Positions 50,106 to 63,152 of a stretch of 64,000 nt of DNA are shown here, piece after piece (positions within the stretch are counted from its first letter, which is position 1; every line of letters starts with the position of its first letter). Below the pieces are notes generated by a model, which searched no databases, was not told the DNA's origin, and worked only from the letters and a program-made list of their open reading frames with translations. Made by a program: the position numbers and the translations under genes. Source of the DNA: Squalus acanthias (Eukaryota); the NCBI GenBank assembly GCA_030390025.1, contig CM059432.1:39620001-39684000 (forward strand), in the 5' to 3' direction.

Positions 50106-50847
50106 GGCCCAAAAATTAGTGAGTGAGCCTTCGTGCGAGGGTAAGGCTTCCCCGCAATCTCTCACTGCGCGTTGGCTTTTTTATTCCCAGCTCGCACGAA
50201 CTTGATGTTCTGGACAGCAGCTGTGCAGGGCTTTCGTATCCCACAGGCGCAGTTAATTCGTGCGAGCTGTGGGATCACGTGACTCAGTTAGAGCCAATGG
50301 CAGCACACCATCTTTCATTCATAGCTTTCACAGCACGGCTGTGAAAGCTATGAATACTATACCCCCCCAAAAGAACAGCTAAACCTCAATTGAATTTAAA
50401 AAAAAAACCATCACATTAATAAAATAAGTATAGTTAAATAAATTAACCACTTTAAACAAAAAATAAAATTTTTGAAAAAATTTAAAATCTTTTAAAAAGT
50501 TATAAAAATAAACTTACCTTTCTTTAAAGTCTCTAAAAAAGATATACCTGTTGAAAAAAATTCAAAATAATACTTAATTAACTACTTACCTTGTTAAAAG
50601 AGGGTCTTACGCCTCCTTTCTTTGTGTAAAATCTTCCATGCTTACCTGCGCGTTCAAAGCACTAAGTGCACTACGTGCGCGCAGCCTGTAGCGCGCACGC
50701 GGTTCACCTAGGAACCGCCCCCTTTTGAAATCACCAAGTGCCGGTTTTCAGCGCATGCGCAGTGCATGCAGAAAACCGGCAATTGGAGACAGAATACACG
50801 AGAGTACACAGTGCGTACTCTCGCGTAGCGGCACTAATTTTTGGGCC
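50106..50847. mobile_element. Harbinger-type MITE in CFAP418 intron 2
   Basis: 16-bp perfect TIR GGCCCAAAAATTAGTG; TSD AAA. Confidence 0.88.
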
Positions 50848-51247
50848 AAAATGTTATTGTCAGCTGAAATTAACCCATTCATCAGCACACAAAAATGTTG
50901 AGCACTATTAATTTTTTTCTGCATCATGCAGCAGATGATTGTAATAAAAATATATTCAAAGGCCCAAATCTGTAGAAATAATAGTAAAATTTACAATCTG
51001 AATATTCCTACTGCACTTTCAAAGCCATTGCATTGTGAAATACCAAAACTTCACGTGCCCGGACATGCTTGTTCTCCTGGAACCATCCTCACCTATGTAG
51101 GGACACTCTAGCTTACTAATGTTCTAGATTTAGAGCTATCTTTAAATAAATTAGATGCTTTATAAAAATAAGAAAATGTTCGATTCTATGTTTTTGAAAG
51201 TTTTATTTTCATTAGTTGAAGTGTTACTCATTGCCCTTTCGTTACAG

Positions 51248-51315
51248 AAGTCAAGTCTAAGAGCAATAACAAATTGTGCAGGTCACAGGACTTTTTCTCG
51301 GTCCAAGGGTAGAAA
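51248..51315 (+). CDS. CFAP418: CFAP418 coding exon 3
   Basis: ttacag acceptor and AA|GTAAGT donor; 68 nt, phase 0 to phase 2, open in frame (KSSLRAITNCAGHRTFSRSKGRK) and joins exons 2 and 4 correctly. Poorly conserved linker region. Confidence 0.75.
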
Positions 51316-51899
51316 GTAAGTTCAAGAAATATGTTCTTTATACAATTTAGAAGTTGGTCACTACAGCTGGCTGTAACTGAAATTCATATAGATGTGAAGT
51401 TTTACACATTTAATTGTCATTGTTAAAAAGTTCAGTTCAGTTGTATAAAATGATAAAAAGTATAAATCGCTCTCTAACTGTTTTGTCTCAACCTGTTTTG
51501 TATTTTATGTTGTTACTTTTGTCTTTTCCTCTCCTTTCTTATACTAAATTGACTAAAATTACATCTAAGAAACAATTTTATGCATATTTGCTGCTTACAG
51601 TGCATATTGGAAGTTTGGGCGACACCCTACCAGCAATATCTTCAGTCTTTAAAATTAATGGTTAGAAAGTCACAGCCAACACATGTCCAAATTTACAATA
51701 CAACTCCCAATTGGCAAGGCTTTCCACCAGCAATATGGCCTCATTAAAATTAACCATATCGTCACATACACTTGGGAGGGAATACAAGACAATAGTGTAA
51801 TCAAGGGCTTCGTTTAATATTACAGCTCACTAGAACAAACTATCATCTGAACCAGGAATGTATTTATTAACTTCTCTCCTCTGCCAATGGCAGTGACTC

Positions 51900-52865
51900 T
51901 TGTGAAAGTACAGTTCCAGAGACACAAGCAAGTTTCTGGTGCTTGATTTAAGTGGCCATTCATGTCTACTACTTATTGGTTAAAACTTAATTGATTGATG
52001 TAATCACCAATTAGGATATAGCATGTACCCCCTTCTTAAAGGGGCACAATCCATAAACTGTAAATTAAACGAAAAACTTTTAAAGAAACCTTAACAAATT
52101 AAATAAAAAATTTGTTTTGGGGGGTGGTGAAGCATTCCAGTCCCTCCTGCAACCACTGGGCACGGAAGGCATCAAGCGTGCTGGTGGACACCACATACTC
52201 CATCTCCAGGGACACCCAGGCGGAAACATAGCTGCGGAAGGGAGGCATGCAGTCGGGCCAAACAACCACTCGTTGCCTGGACTTGTTAATGGCCACCTTG
52301 GCCAGGCCCAGGAGCAGTCCTACAAGGAGGTCCTCCGACTTGCCCACTCCCCTCCGCACCGGGTGACCAAAGATCAGGAGCATGGGACTGCAGTGCAGCC
52401 AAAAATTGAGGAGCAGCCCCATCAAATATTGGAAGAGGGGCTGCAACCTCCTACACTGTACACATGCATGAAAAACGGACTCCTCCAGGCCGCAGAAATT
52501 GCAGGCGGCCTGGGAGTCCGTGAATCTACTTAAAAACTTAATGCACAGGACTGCTCTGTGCAACACCCACCACGCCAAATCCCCAATAGATAAGGGGAGG
52601 ACTTCTGTGTAGAGAGCCCTCCACTGGGGACCCCCGCCACCTCCGGACTACAAGATGGTACGCAAAGGCGTGTCCGGATGGCAGACAAGGACGATGAAGT
52701 GGAGAGTGTGCAGAACCAGCCCGTACAGGAAACCCCTCCCTGCAGAGTGGAATGGCACGGAGGGAATTTCCGAGAGACGGCTCAAGGTGTGAGGCGCCGG
52801 CTCCTGATGGAGGTTTGCCTCGTGAGCCTAAACAGTGAGTAATGCAAGGATTAGAGCCAAGCCCA
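51900..52865 (-). mobile_element. L1/Tx1-clade LINE 3' fragment
   Basis: ORF 52099-52578 has the zf-RVT-like motif W.VLH.A..C..F..CNFCGLEESVFH...C..L and LLGLAKVAI. Confidence 0.75.
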
Positions 52866-53359
52866 ATTCTATTCATGCCTGATGTCTACACAAGCATACA
52901 TTTCAGTAGAGGTCACTAAATAGCAGCCAGGGGTGTGACCCCCGAGCTTATTGTTCTTTCCCTAGCCCAGGGGCGCTGAGACCAATTGTAGCTCCCAACT
53001 GTTGCTCCAATAAGTTCAGCTAACTCAGCACAGACCAGAGAATGAACCTGTAGCCTTCTGCTCTATACCGATTAGATCATCGGAGGGAGCTAGAGCCATT
53101 AATTTGGACTAACTTTACTCAAATCATTCCCATTATAAATATTTGTAATATATACTGTTTCCATTCTAGGGATAGGTTTTATTCTGTTTCTGATGCTGTT
53201 GGTACAGAGACTGCCACTGCACTCCAGCTGCGAGATGATGTAATTACATCAGGTTTATGGAGAAAACAATCTATACTTATTGTTGGGAAATCCTATGTCC
53301 AGTAACTAATTAGATAATAATGGGTAAGCCCCAAACCAACAAGTTTATCAATAGCTCCA

Positions 53360-56300
53360 GGATAACGGGTAAGCCATTTAGGACAGAAATGAGGAAGAAT
53401 TTCTTCACCCAGAGAGTGGTGAACCTGTGGAATTCTCTACCACAGAAGGTAGTTGAGGCCAAGTCATTAAATATATTCAAGAATGAGTTAGATATATTTC
53501 TTAAAGCTAAAGGTATCAAGGGATATGGGGAGAAGGCAGGTACAGGGTACTGAGTTTGGATGATCAGCCATGATCTCATCGAATGGCGGAGCAGGCTCGA
53601 GGGGCCGAATGGCCTACTCCTGCTCCTATCTTCTATGTCTATGTCTATGAATTATCATATGACATATCATGACTGCAGGACATAAGAACAGGAGTAGGCC
53701 ATTCAGCCCTTCGAGCCTGTCAGCCATTCAGTGAGATCATGGCTTATCTGTATCTTAACTTCATCCACCTGCCTTGGCTCCATATCCGTTTATACCCATG
53801 GCTAGAAAAAATGTATTGATCTCAAATTTAAAATTATTAATTGAGCTAGCATCTACTACTTTTTGTAGGAGAGAGTTCCACACTTCTACCACCCTTTGCG
53901 TGAAGAAGTGTTTCCTAACTTCTCTCCTGAATGGCCTGGCTCTGATTTTAAGGTTATGTCCCTTTGTCCTAGACTCCACCAGGAGTGGAAAAAGTTTCTC
54001 TCTATCTACCCTATCAATTCCTTTCAAACTCCTAAAAAATCTCAATCAAATCAGCCCTTAACCTTCTATATTCCAGGGAATACAAGCCTAGTTTATGTAA
54101 AATCTCCTCAAAGTTTAATCCTTGGAGCCCTGGTAACATTCTGGTGAATCTGTGCTACATTCCTTCTAAGGCCAATATATCCTTTCTAAGGTACGGTGCA
54201 CAGTCCACAGTACTCCAGATGTGGTCTAACCAGGGCTTTATATAGCTGGAGAAAAATGTTCCTTTATATTCTTGCCCTTTACTTGTGAAGGCTAAGATCC
54301 CATTAGCCTTTTTGATTATTTTTTGTACCTGATTACTACATTTAAGTGATCTATGTCCATGGACCCATAAATCTATTTGGACTTCCACTGTTCCTAGTTT
54401 ATCACTATTTATGTAATGCTTTTTTGGTCCAAAATGGATGAACTCACAATTACCTGCTTTGAAATATATATGTCACAGTTTTGCTCATTCACATAATCTA
54501 TCAATGTCTCTTTGTAATTTTATGTTTCTGTACACTACTTACTTTACCACCAATCTTTGTATCATTGGAAAACTTGGCTATATAGCTCTCTGTTGTGTTA
54601 TCTAAGTCATTTATAAATATAATGAATAGTTGAGGCCCCAGCACAGATCGTTGTGGGACACCACTAGTCACTTCATTCCAATTCAAGTACATATCCATTC
54701 TATCTACTCTCTGTCTTCCACCACCTAACCAATCTCCTAACCAGATGAATAATTTGTCTTCAATTCCATGAACTTTAATTTTAGCTAACAGTTTCTTATG
54801 TGGAACCTTATCAAATGCCTTCTGGAAGTCCATATAAACTAAATCCATAGATATTCTCCTGTCTGCTACTTTATTTACTTACTCATAAAATTCAATTAGG
54901 TTCGTTAGACATGGCCTACCCTTTACAAATCCATGTTGGCGCTCTCTAATCAGCTCAAATTTCTCCAAGTGCTCAGTCACTCTGTCCTAAAGTATAGATT
55001 CCAATAACTTCTCCACAACAGATGTTAGACTAATAAGCCTCTCTAATCTCTGAATTAATACATTCTGCCACTTGATTGCTGCTATCAGGAGGACTGTAGA
55101 CAACTCCCATTACAGTTTTAAGTCCTTTCTTATTCCTCAATTCTAACCATAGAGTCTCTACTGATTGCTTTCCCTTATCTATATCCTCTCTTACTAATGC
55201 TGTAATAGTATTTTTAATCATTAAGGCTACCCCTCCTCCTCTTCCAATATTCCTATTCTTTCTAAAGACCTTATAACCTGGAATATTTAACTCTCAATCA
55301 TGACCAGCTTGCAGCCATGTCTCAGTAATGGCCACCATGCCATACCCTCAAAGTTGTATGTGAGCCTCTAATTCTCTCAATTTCTTTCTTATACTCCATG
55401 TGTTAATATATAAAACTCTTATTTAGGCAAGAGACCCTAACCTGTCCTTCTGCCCTGATGCTGTCCTTCTGACACCATTTAACATAATGCATTTCTTTTT
55501 TGTCACTTCTGCTATAACTACTTTAGTTATTATGGTATTCCCTTCACCTGGAGTATCTATATCACTGTTTGTGACCTTCACTCTGCTCTTATCCCTTTTT
55601 TATCTTTAAACTATAATTTGTAATATTGATTCTGACTGATGAGCCCTCCAATCACCCATTTATGAGTTTAAAGTCCTTTTTACCACCCTATTTATCCTTT
55701 CCGCTAGGATCTTGGTCCCACCTCGGTTCAGGTGTAGCCTGTCCCAATGATACAGCTGTCCCAGTACTGGTGCCAGCATCCCATGAAATACAACCCCTCC
55801 TTCTCCCTCCACTCCTTTAGCCACATGTTCATCTTCCTGATCTGTTTGTCCCTATGCCAATTAGCACATGGCTCGGGTAATAATCCTGAGATTACCACCC
55901 TTGAGGTCCTGCTTTATAATTTAACTCCTAACTCCTGATACTCCCTCAGCAGGTCCTCCTCCCTTTCCGTTCCTTCCCTATATCATTGGTCCAGACATGG
56001 ACCACGACAACTGGATCTTCCCTCTCCCTTTCCAAATTCCTTTCCAGCCACATTGAGATATCACTTACCCTGGCACCAGGTAGGCAACACACCTTTCGGG
56101 ACTCTTGATCGTGGCTGCAGAGGATGCTATCTATCCCTTAATTATTTAATCCCCTATAACTGCTATATTTCTATTCTGCTGCAACCCCCTTTGGACAGCC
56201 CTCTGATCCATGGTGCCTAAGTCAGCATTGTGGCTGTCCTCCCCGCAGTCTTTCTCCTTATCCTAACAGCTATCAAGTATATTGTACCTGTGGAACCTCC

Positions 56301-56540
56301 CCTCAGTTCCCCCCTACCCTGCTGACAGTCACGCTCTTCCCTTCCTGCACCTGTGCTTTCCCCTGAGATGTGACTGTACTCTGGAGAAAACTATCCAGAA
56401 ATTTCTCCCCCTCCCTTGTGTGTCTGAGTGTCTCTAACTTGCACTCCAACTCAAGGACTCTGAGTTGGAGTGTCTTAAGTCAGATATTTCCTGCAGATGT
56501 GGCAATCTGGGACAGTTTCACTCCACAAATTCCCACATAC
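53360..56540 (-). mobile_element. Short + strand CR1 tail (53360-53650) followed by a degenerate minus-strand CR1 with an esterase ORF1 relic
   Basis: [20 protein letters not shown] and FTQRVV motifs; 55700-56160 is similar to the ORF1 esterase copies. Confidence 0.82.
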
Positions 56541-56604
56541 AGAAGGGTACTAATGGAAAAGTCTATGTCAAAGTTATTAATAATTGATGGGCATATTATA
56601 ACTC

Positions 56605-59600
56605 AACAACTTGTATTTATATAGTACCTTTAACATAGTAAAACTTCCCATGGCATTTCACAGGAGTGTTATAAAGCAAAATTTGACACTGAGCCATACA
56701 AGGAGAAATTAGGGCAGAGAGGTAGGTTTTAAGGAGTGTCTTAAAGGAGGAAAGAGGTAGTGAGGTGGAGAGGTTTAGGGAGGGAATTCCAGAGCTTAGG
56801 GCCTAAGCAGCTGAAGGCACGGCCACCAATGGTTGAGCAATTAAAATCAGGGATGCTCCAGAGGCCAGAATTAGAGGAGCGTAGATATCCCGTGTGGGGT
56901 GGGCGGGGAGTGCTGGAGGAGATTACAGAGATAGGGAGGGGCGAGGCCATGGAGGGACTTGAAAACAAGGATGAGAATTTTTAAATCAAGGCGTTGCTTA
57001 ACCGGGAGCCAATGTAGGTCAGCGAGCACAGGGGTGATGGTTGAACGGGACTTCGTGCGAGTTAGGACATGGGCAGCCGAGTTTTGGATGACCTCAAGTT
57101 TAGGTAGGGTAGAATGTGGGAGGCCAACCAGGAGTGCGTTGGAATAATCGAGTCTAGAGGTAATAAAGGCATGGATGAGGGTTTCAGCAGCAGATGAGCA
57201 GAGGCAGGGCGGAGACGGGCAATGTTACTGAGGTGGAAATAGGCGGTCTTGGTTATGATTCGGATATGTGGTCTGAAGCTCATTTCAGGGTCAAATATAA
57301 GGAGCAGGAGTAGGCCATTCAGTAAGGTCATGGCTGATCTTCTACCTCATCTCCACTTTCCTGCACTATCCCCATATCCCTTGATTCCCTTAATATTCAA
57401 AAATCTATCGATCTCTATCTTGAATATACTCAATGACTGAGCCTCCACAGCCCTCTGGGGTAGAAAATTCCAAAGATTCATCACCCTCTGAGTGAAGAAA
57501 TTTCTCTTCATCTCAGTCCTAAATGGCCAACCCCTTATTCTAAGACTGTGACCCCTTGTTCTAGACACCCCAGCCAGGGGAAACATATTCCCTGCATCTA
57601 TCCTGTCAAGCCCTGTAAGAATTTTGTTTGTTTCAATGAGATCACCTCTCATTCTTCTAAACTCGAGAATATAGGCCTAGTCTATGCAATCTCTCCTTAT
57701 AGAACAATCTCCCCATCCCAGGAACCCTTCGTTACGCTCCCTCTATGGCAAGTATATCCTTACTTAGGTAAGGGGACCAAAACTGTACACAATACTCCAG
57801 GTGTGGTCTCACCAGGGCCCTATATAATTGCAGTAAGATGCCTTTACTCTTATATGCAAATCCTCTTGTAATGAAGGCCAACATACCATTTGCTTTCCTA
57901 ATTGCTTGCTGTACCTGCATGTTAACTTTTAGTGATTCGTGTACAAGGACACCCAGGTCCTTCTGAACACCAACATTTCCCAATCTCTCACCATTTAAAA
58001 AATACTCTGCTTTTCCATTTTTCCTCCCAAAGTGGATAACTTCACATTTCTCCACATTATATTCCATTTGTCATGTTCTTGTCCACTCACTTAGCCTATA
58101 TCCCCTTGAAACCTCCTTGCATCCTCCTCACAACTTACATTCCCACCCAGCTTTGTATCATCAGCAAACTTGGATATATTACATTTGGTCCCCTCATCCA
58201 AATCATTGATGTAAATTGTGAATAGCTGAGGCCCAAGCACTGATCCTTGCGGTGCCCCACTAGTTACAGCCTGCCAACCCGAAATTAACCCATTTATTCC
58301 TACTCTCTGTTTTCTGTCTATTAACCAATCCTTAATCCATGCTAGTATATTACCCCAATCCATGAGCCCTAATTTTGTTTAATAACCTCTTGTGTGGCAC
58401 CTTATCGAATGCCATCTGAAAATCCAAATGCACCACATCCACTGGTTCCCCCTTATCTATACTGCTAGTTACAACCTCAAAAAACCCTAATAGATTTGTC
58501 AAATATAATTTCCCTTTCATAAATCCATGTTGACTCTGCCCAATCCTATTATTATTTTCTAAGTGCCCTGTTACCACATCCTTAATAATAGATTCTAGCA
58601 TTTTCCCTACTACTGATGTCAGGCTAACTGGTCTGTAGTTCCCCGTTTTTTCTCTCCCTCCTTTCTTAAATAGTGGGGTGGGTTACACTTGCTACCTTCC
58701 CATCCGTGGGAACCGTTCTAGAATCTATGGAATTTTAGAATATGACAACTAATGCATCCACTACCTCTATAGCCAACTCTTTCAAAACCCTAGGATGTAG
58801 GACATCAGGTCCAGGGGATTTATCGGCTTTCAGTCCCATTAATTTCTCCAGTACTACTTTTTTACTAATACTTTCTTTAATACTAATCTTTCTGTTCCTG
58901 ATTCTCGCTAGACCCTTGGTTCTCCACTATTTCCGGGAAGTTTTTTGCATCTTCTTCCGTGAAGACAGTCACAAAGTATTTGTTTAATTTCTCTGCCATT
59001 TCCTTATTCCCCATTATAATTTCTCCTGTCTCAGCCTGTAAGGGACCCACATTTACTTTCGCTAATCTTTTCCTTTTTACATACCTATAGAAGCTTTTAC
59101 AGTCTGTTTTTATGTCTCTCACTAGTTTACTCTCATATTCTATTTTCCTTTTCTTTAACAATTACTTGGTCCTCTGCTGAATTCTAAAATCCTCCCAATC
59201 CTCAGGCTTACTACTCTTTTAGGCAGCATTATAAGCCTCTTCCTTTGATCTAATACTATCTTTAACTTTTCTTGTTAGCCACAGTTGATCACTTTTACTG
59301 TGGTGTTTTTGTGCCTTAAAGGAATGTATATTTGTTATAAATGATGTTTTAGTTCTTTAAATGCTAGCCATTACTCGTCCACTGTCATACCTTTTAATGT
59401 AGTTTCCCAATCTACCTTCGCCAACTCGTCCCTCATACCTACGTAGTTTGCTTTGTTTAGATTTAAGACCCTAGTTTTGGATTTAACTAAGTCACTTTCA
59501 AACTCATTATAAATTCTATCATATTATGGTCACTCTTCCCTAAAGGCCCCTTTACTACAAGGTTATTAATTAACCCTTTCTCGTTGCACAATACTAGATC

Positions 59601-61560
59601 TAAAATAGCCTGTTCCCTAGTTGGTTCCTCAACATACTGATCTAGAAACTATCTTGCATACATTCCATGAATTCGTCCTCCACACTTACTGCAAAGTTGG
59701 TTTGCCCAGTCTATATGTAGATTAAAGTCCCCCATGATTACAGTATTACCCTTGTTACATGTGCCTCTAATTTCCTGATTTATACTCTGCGCTACATTAC
59801 AACTACTGTTTGAGGGCCTATAAACAACTCCCACCAATGTTTTCTGCCCCTTGCTGTTTCTTAGCTCCACCCAAACTGATTCTACTTCTTGTTTTTCGGA
59901 GTTAAGATCCTTTCTCTCTACTGTCTTTATCCCATCCTTTATTTATCAGGACTACCCCTCCTCCTTTTCCATTTTGCCTGTCCCTTCTAAAAGTTATGTA
60001 TCCTGGAATATTTAGTTCCCAATCTTGGCCACTTTGCAACCACATCTCCGTTATGCCTATTAGATCAAACCTGTTAATTTCTATCTGCGCTATTAATTCA
60101 TCTATTTTGTTGCGAATGCTTTGCGCATTCAGATATAGTGCATTTAGCTTTGACTTATTTCTCTTTTTTCCTGATGTCACCTTAGTCACTGATGCCTTAT
60201 TACCTTTGTTATTCTCTCTGTCCCTTCCTGACCCACTCTGCTTATTTTTACCCAAAACTCTACTCTGCTCTAGAGCCTTGACATTTCTCCTGTTGTTTTT
60301 AAATTTACTCTTTCCTGAATCCTTCCCCCCCCCCCCCACCCCCTTCATTAGTTTAAAGCCCTGTCTACTGCCCTAGGACACTGGTCCCAGCCCAGTTTAA
60401 GTGGAGCCCGTCCCAATGGAACAGCTTCCTCTTTCCCCAGTACTGCTGCCAGTGCCCCATGAACCGAAACCCCTTCCTCCCACACCACTCTTTGAGCCAC
60501 GCATTTAAACCTTTAATCTGTTTGTCCCTATGCCAATTTGCGCGTGGCTCAGGTAACAATCCAGAGATTATTACCTTTGAGGTTCTGCTTTTTAATTTGG
60601 ATCCTAGCTCCTCAAACTCCCTCAGGAAAACCTCATTCCTAGTTCTACCTATGTCGTTGGTTCCTACGTGGACCACGACAACTGGATCCTCCCCCTCCCA
60701 CTCCAAGCTCTTCTGCAGCCGCGAGGAGATGTCTTTAACCCTGGCGCCGGGCAGGCAACACAACCTTCGGAACTCTCGGTCGCGGCTGCAGAGAACAGTA
60801 TCTATCCCCCTGACTATACTGTCCCCTACCACAACTACATTCCCTTTCACTCCCCCCACTTGAATGGCCTCCTGCACCCTGGTGCCATGGTCAGCCTGCT
60901 CATCCATCCTGCAGGCTTTTTCCTCATCCACACAGGCAGCAAGAACCTCATACTGTTGGACAAGGGCAAAGGCAGAGACTCCTCCAGCACTGCACCTGGG
61001 GTCCCCTTACCTGCCTGGGTTGCAGTCACACCCTCCTGTCCCTGACCACTACCTAACCTAAGGGGTGTGACTGCCTCCTGGATCAAAGTGTCCAGGTAAT
61101 TCTCCCCATCCCTGATGCCCTGCAATGTCTGCACCTCAGACTCCAGCTCAAAAACTCTGAGCTGAAGTTCCTGAAGATGCAGGCTCTTACTGCAAAATAT
61201 GACACCAAGGTTGCAAACCGTCTGGTCAGCCTCAGACAGATGCTAGGGAGAGGGATGGAGTCAGTGCCTAGGGATCGGAGTTTGTGGCAGGGAACGAAGA
61301 CAATGGCTTCGGTCTTCCCAATATTTAGTTGGAGAAAATTTCTGCTCATCCAGTACTGGATGTCGAACAAGCAGTCTGGCAATTTAGAGACAGTGGAGGG
61401 GTCGAGAGAAGTGGTGGTGAGGTAGAGCTGCGTGTCGTCAGCGTGCATGTGGAATCTGTCGCTGTGTTTTCGGATGATGTTGCAGAGGGGCAGCATGTAG
61501 ATGAGAAATAGGTCAAGGATAGCTCACCAGACATAACAATGCGGGAGCGGGAAGAGAAGG
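56605..61560 (-). mobile_element. L2 LINE fragment in two pieces (56605-57298, 61195-61560) split by the CR1
   Basis: HADDTQLY..WMSRNFLQLN..KTE in the distal piece; KTAYFHL..IARLRP and the L2 3' tail in the proximal piece. Confidence 0.85.
57299..61194 (-). mobile_element. Near full-length CR1 (esterase ORF1 plus ORF2) inserted into an L2
   Basis: ORF1 VVGDS/HVGTND/DGLH at 60365-60931; ORF2 fragments 60348-57347; AAATAT repeated at both junctions. Confidence 0.9.
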
Positions 61561-62213
61561 TTGACTATCCTTTATAAAATGATTAGGTTTGTACATCGGT
61601 CATGTCATTAGCTGTTTTTAAGAACTAGTGAACAGTTATTGACAGTTTTGATAATGAGCCCACCATTTCCTGCATGCTAGATGTCTTCACCTCCCCCCAG
61701 TATGTCTCCAAGGCCATAAGATCTTCCTCACGTTTTAGTTCTGGTTTACTTTTCCCTCCTGCCTGTCTCAAAAAACCTTTCTATCTTTCCTTTCATTGCC
61801 ATTGCTGCTTAGTCGTAGCCTTGCAGTAACACAGAGTAGGGCTATCCAGTACCTTTATTGCAATTGCAGAGACAAGATTGTTATGTTTGTGCTAAGCAAC
61901 TGAAAATAGGTTTGTACTTTACTGTACCTACTGAGAGCAAGTGCCAGTGGCAATGGAGGGGAAGAAAGGTATGGGGTAGAAGGGATAGCATCTGAAATTG
62001 ATTTGGAGAATGGAAGGCAGGGTCTTGTGGTTGTGGAATCAATCTAAAAAGGTAAAGATATTGATTTAACACTTGGTAGGGTGGTCTGCACCCAAGTGTT
62101 GACCTGCTTTTGTTCTTCCACTAGACTCCCGGGCCCCTAGAGCCTGCTCTGCCTTGCCAGTTTTTCATGCTTCCCTTTCTACCTCTTCCCCTTTAGCTAT
62201 TCACACACTCTTT

Positions 62214-62878
62214 GACCCCGATTTTAAACACCAACCCCCCATCCCCCGAGGGGCGGGTGAGGGTTGGGGGGTAGTTAAAATATCGGGATCGAGCAACCTG
62301 ACACATTCCTGTCCGTTTAAATTTTTACAAACCCAAATCAGGCCATCGACGAGGCTCCCGTAAAAGGCAGGTGGGGGCCGAATTAACATTCAAAAGTAAC
62401 AGCCGTATTACATCATCGGTAAACTTAATTGTAGGTCAGGGGGAGGCTTGCGTTGTCAACTGCCCTGCAGCAGATCTGATGCGGGAGCCTAAGGTAAGTA
62501 CTGAAGATCAGCGCCTTTTAGCACTCCTTGTGTGCCTGGAGGAGCAGGAGTGCTCCACCCAGGCCTCACAAGGAAGCCATTGGCCCCGCCCAGCCCTAAT
62601 CGCGGCCCAGATCTTATGCCACCCCCAATCGCAGCCCAGAGCGATTTCCCCCCCCCCCCCCCTACTAACTGTCGGGGTCCGTCCCCATGGGTCCCCGGCT
62701 GTGGCCTCCTGTCGCTATTTACTGCTGTCCGCCAGCCAGGCAGTCAATCTGGCCATCTGTCGGGCAGGAGTGTGCCAAAAATTATTCAAATGAAATCGAC
62801 AGGGTTTCAACATCCCTGGCCTTGCTGGGTTCTTCACCTGTTACTGGGCTCCCCTGCCTCCCTGTTAATATCAGGGCC
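62214..62878. mobile_element. Older MITE-like element in CFAP418 intron 3
   Basis: GACCCCGATTTTAA ... TTAATATCAGGGCC degenerate TIRs. Confidence 0.6.
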
Positions 62879-63086
62879 TCTGCCACACATAATCTTTCCC
62901 ATTATGCCTCCTCCTGCTAATATCACTGTGTGTGTGTATTTTTTGACGTGGCTGGTGGGAAATAAAGATGGGGGTGGGGTGGTTAGTTGCTGGACTTTGT
63001 CAACATGCAGAAGAATGAAGTATATGGAGGGAGCATTTTAGAGGCATTGAGCTGAGTACTACAGCTGAAGATTCCTTTGTTTTTAG

Positions 63087-63152
63087 GTGTTGTCCAGTTT
63101 ATCTCGGTGGTAGTTCTGCACCTCTAGGACTGGGAACAAATACTTCTCAAAG
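63087..63152 (+). CDS. CFAP418: CFAP418 coding exon 4 (gene continues beyond window)
   Basis: tttttag acceptor; translates (K)[21 protein letters not shown](R), matching human [23 protein letters not shown]; donor AG|GTAATT. Confidence 0.92.
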
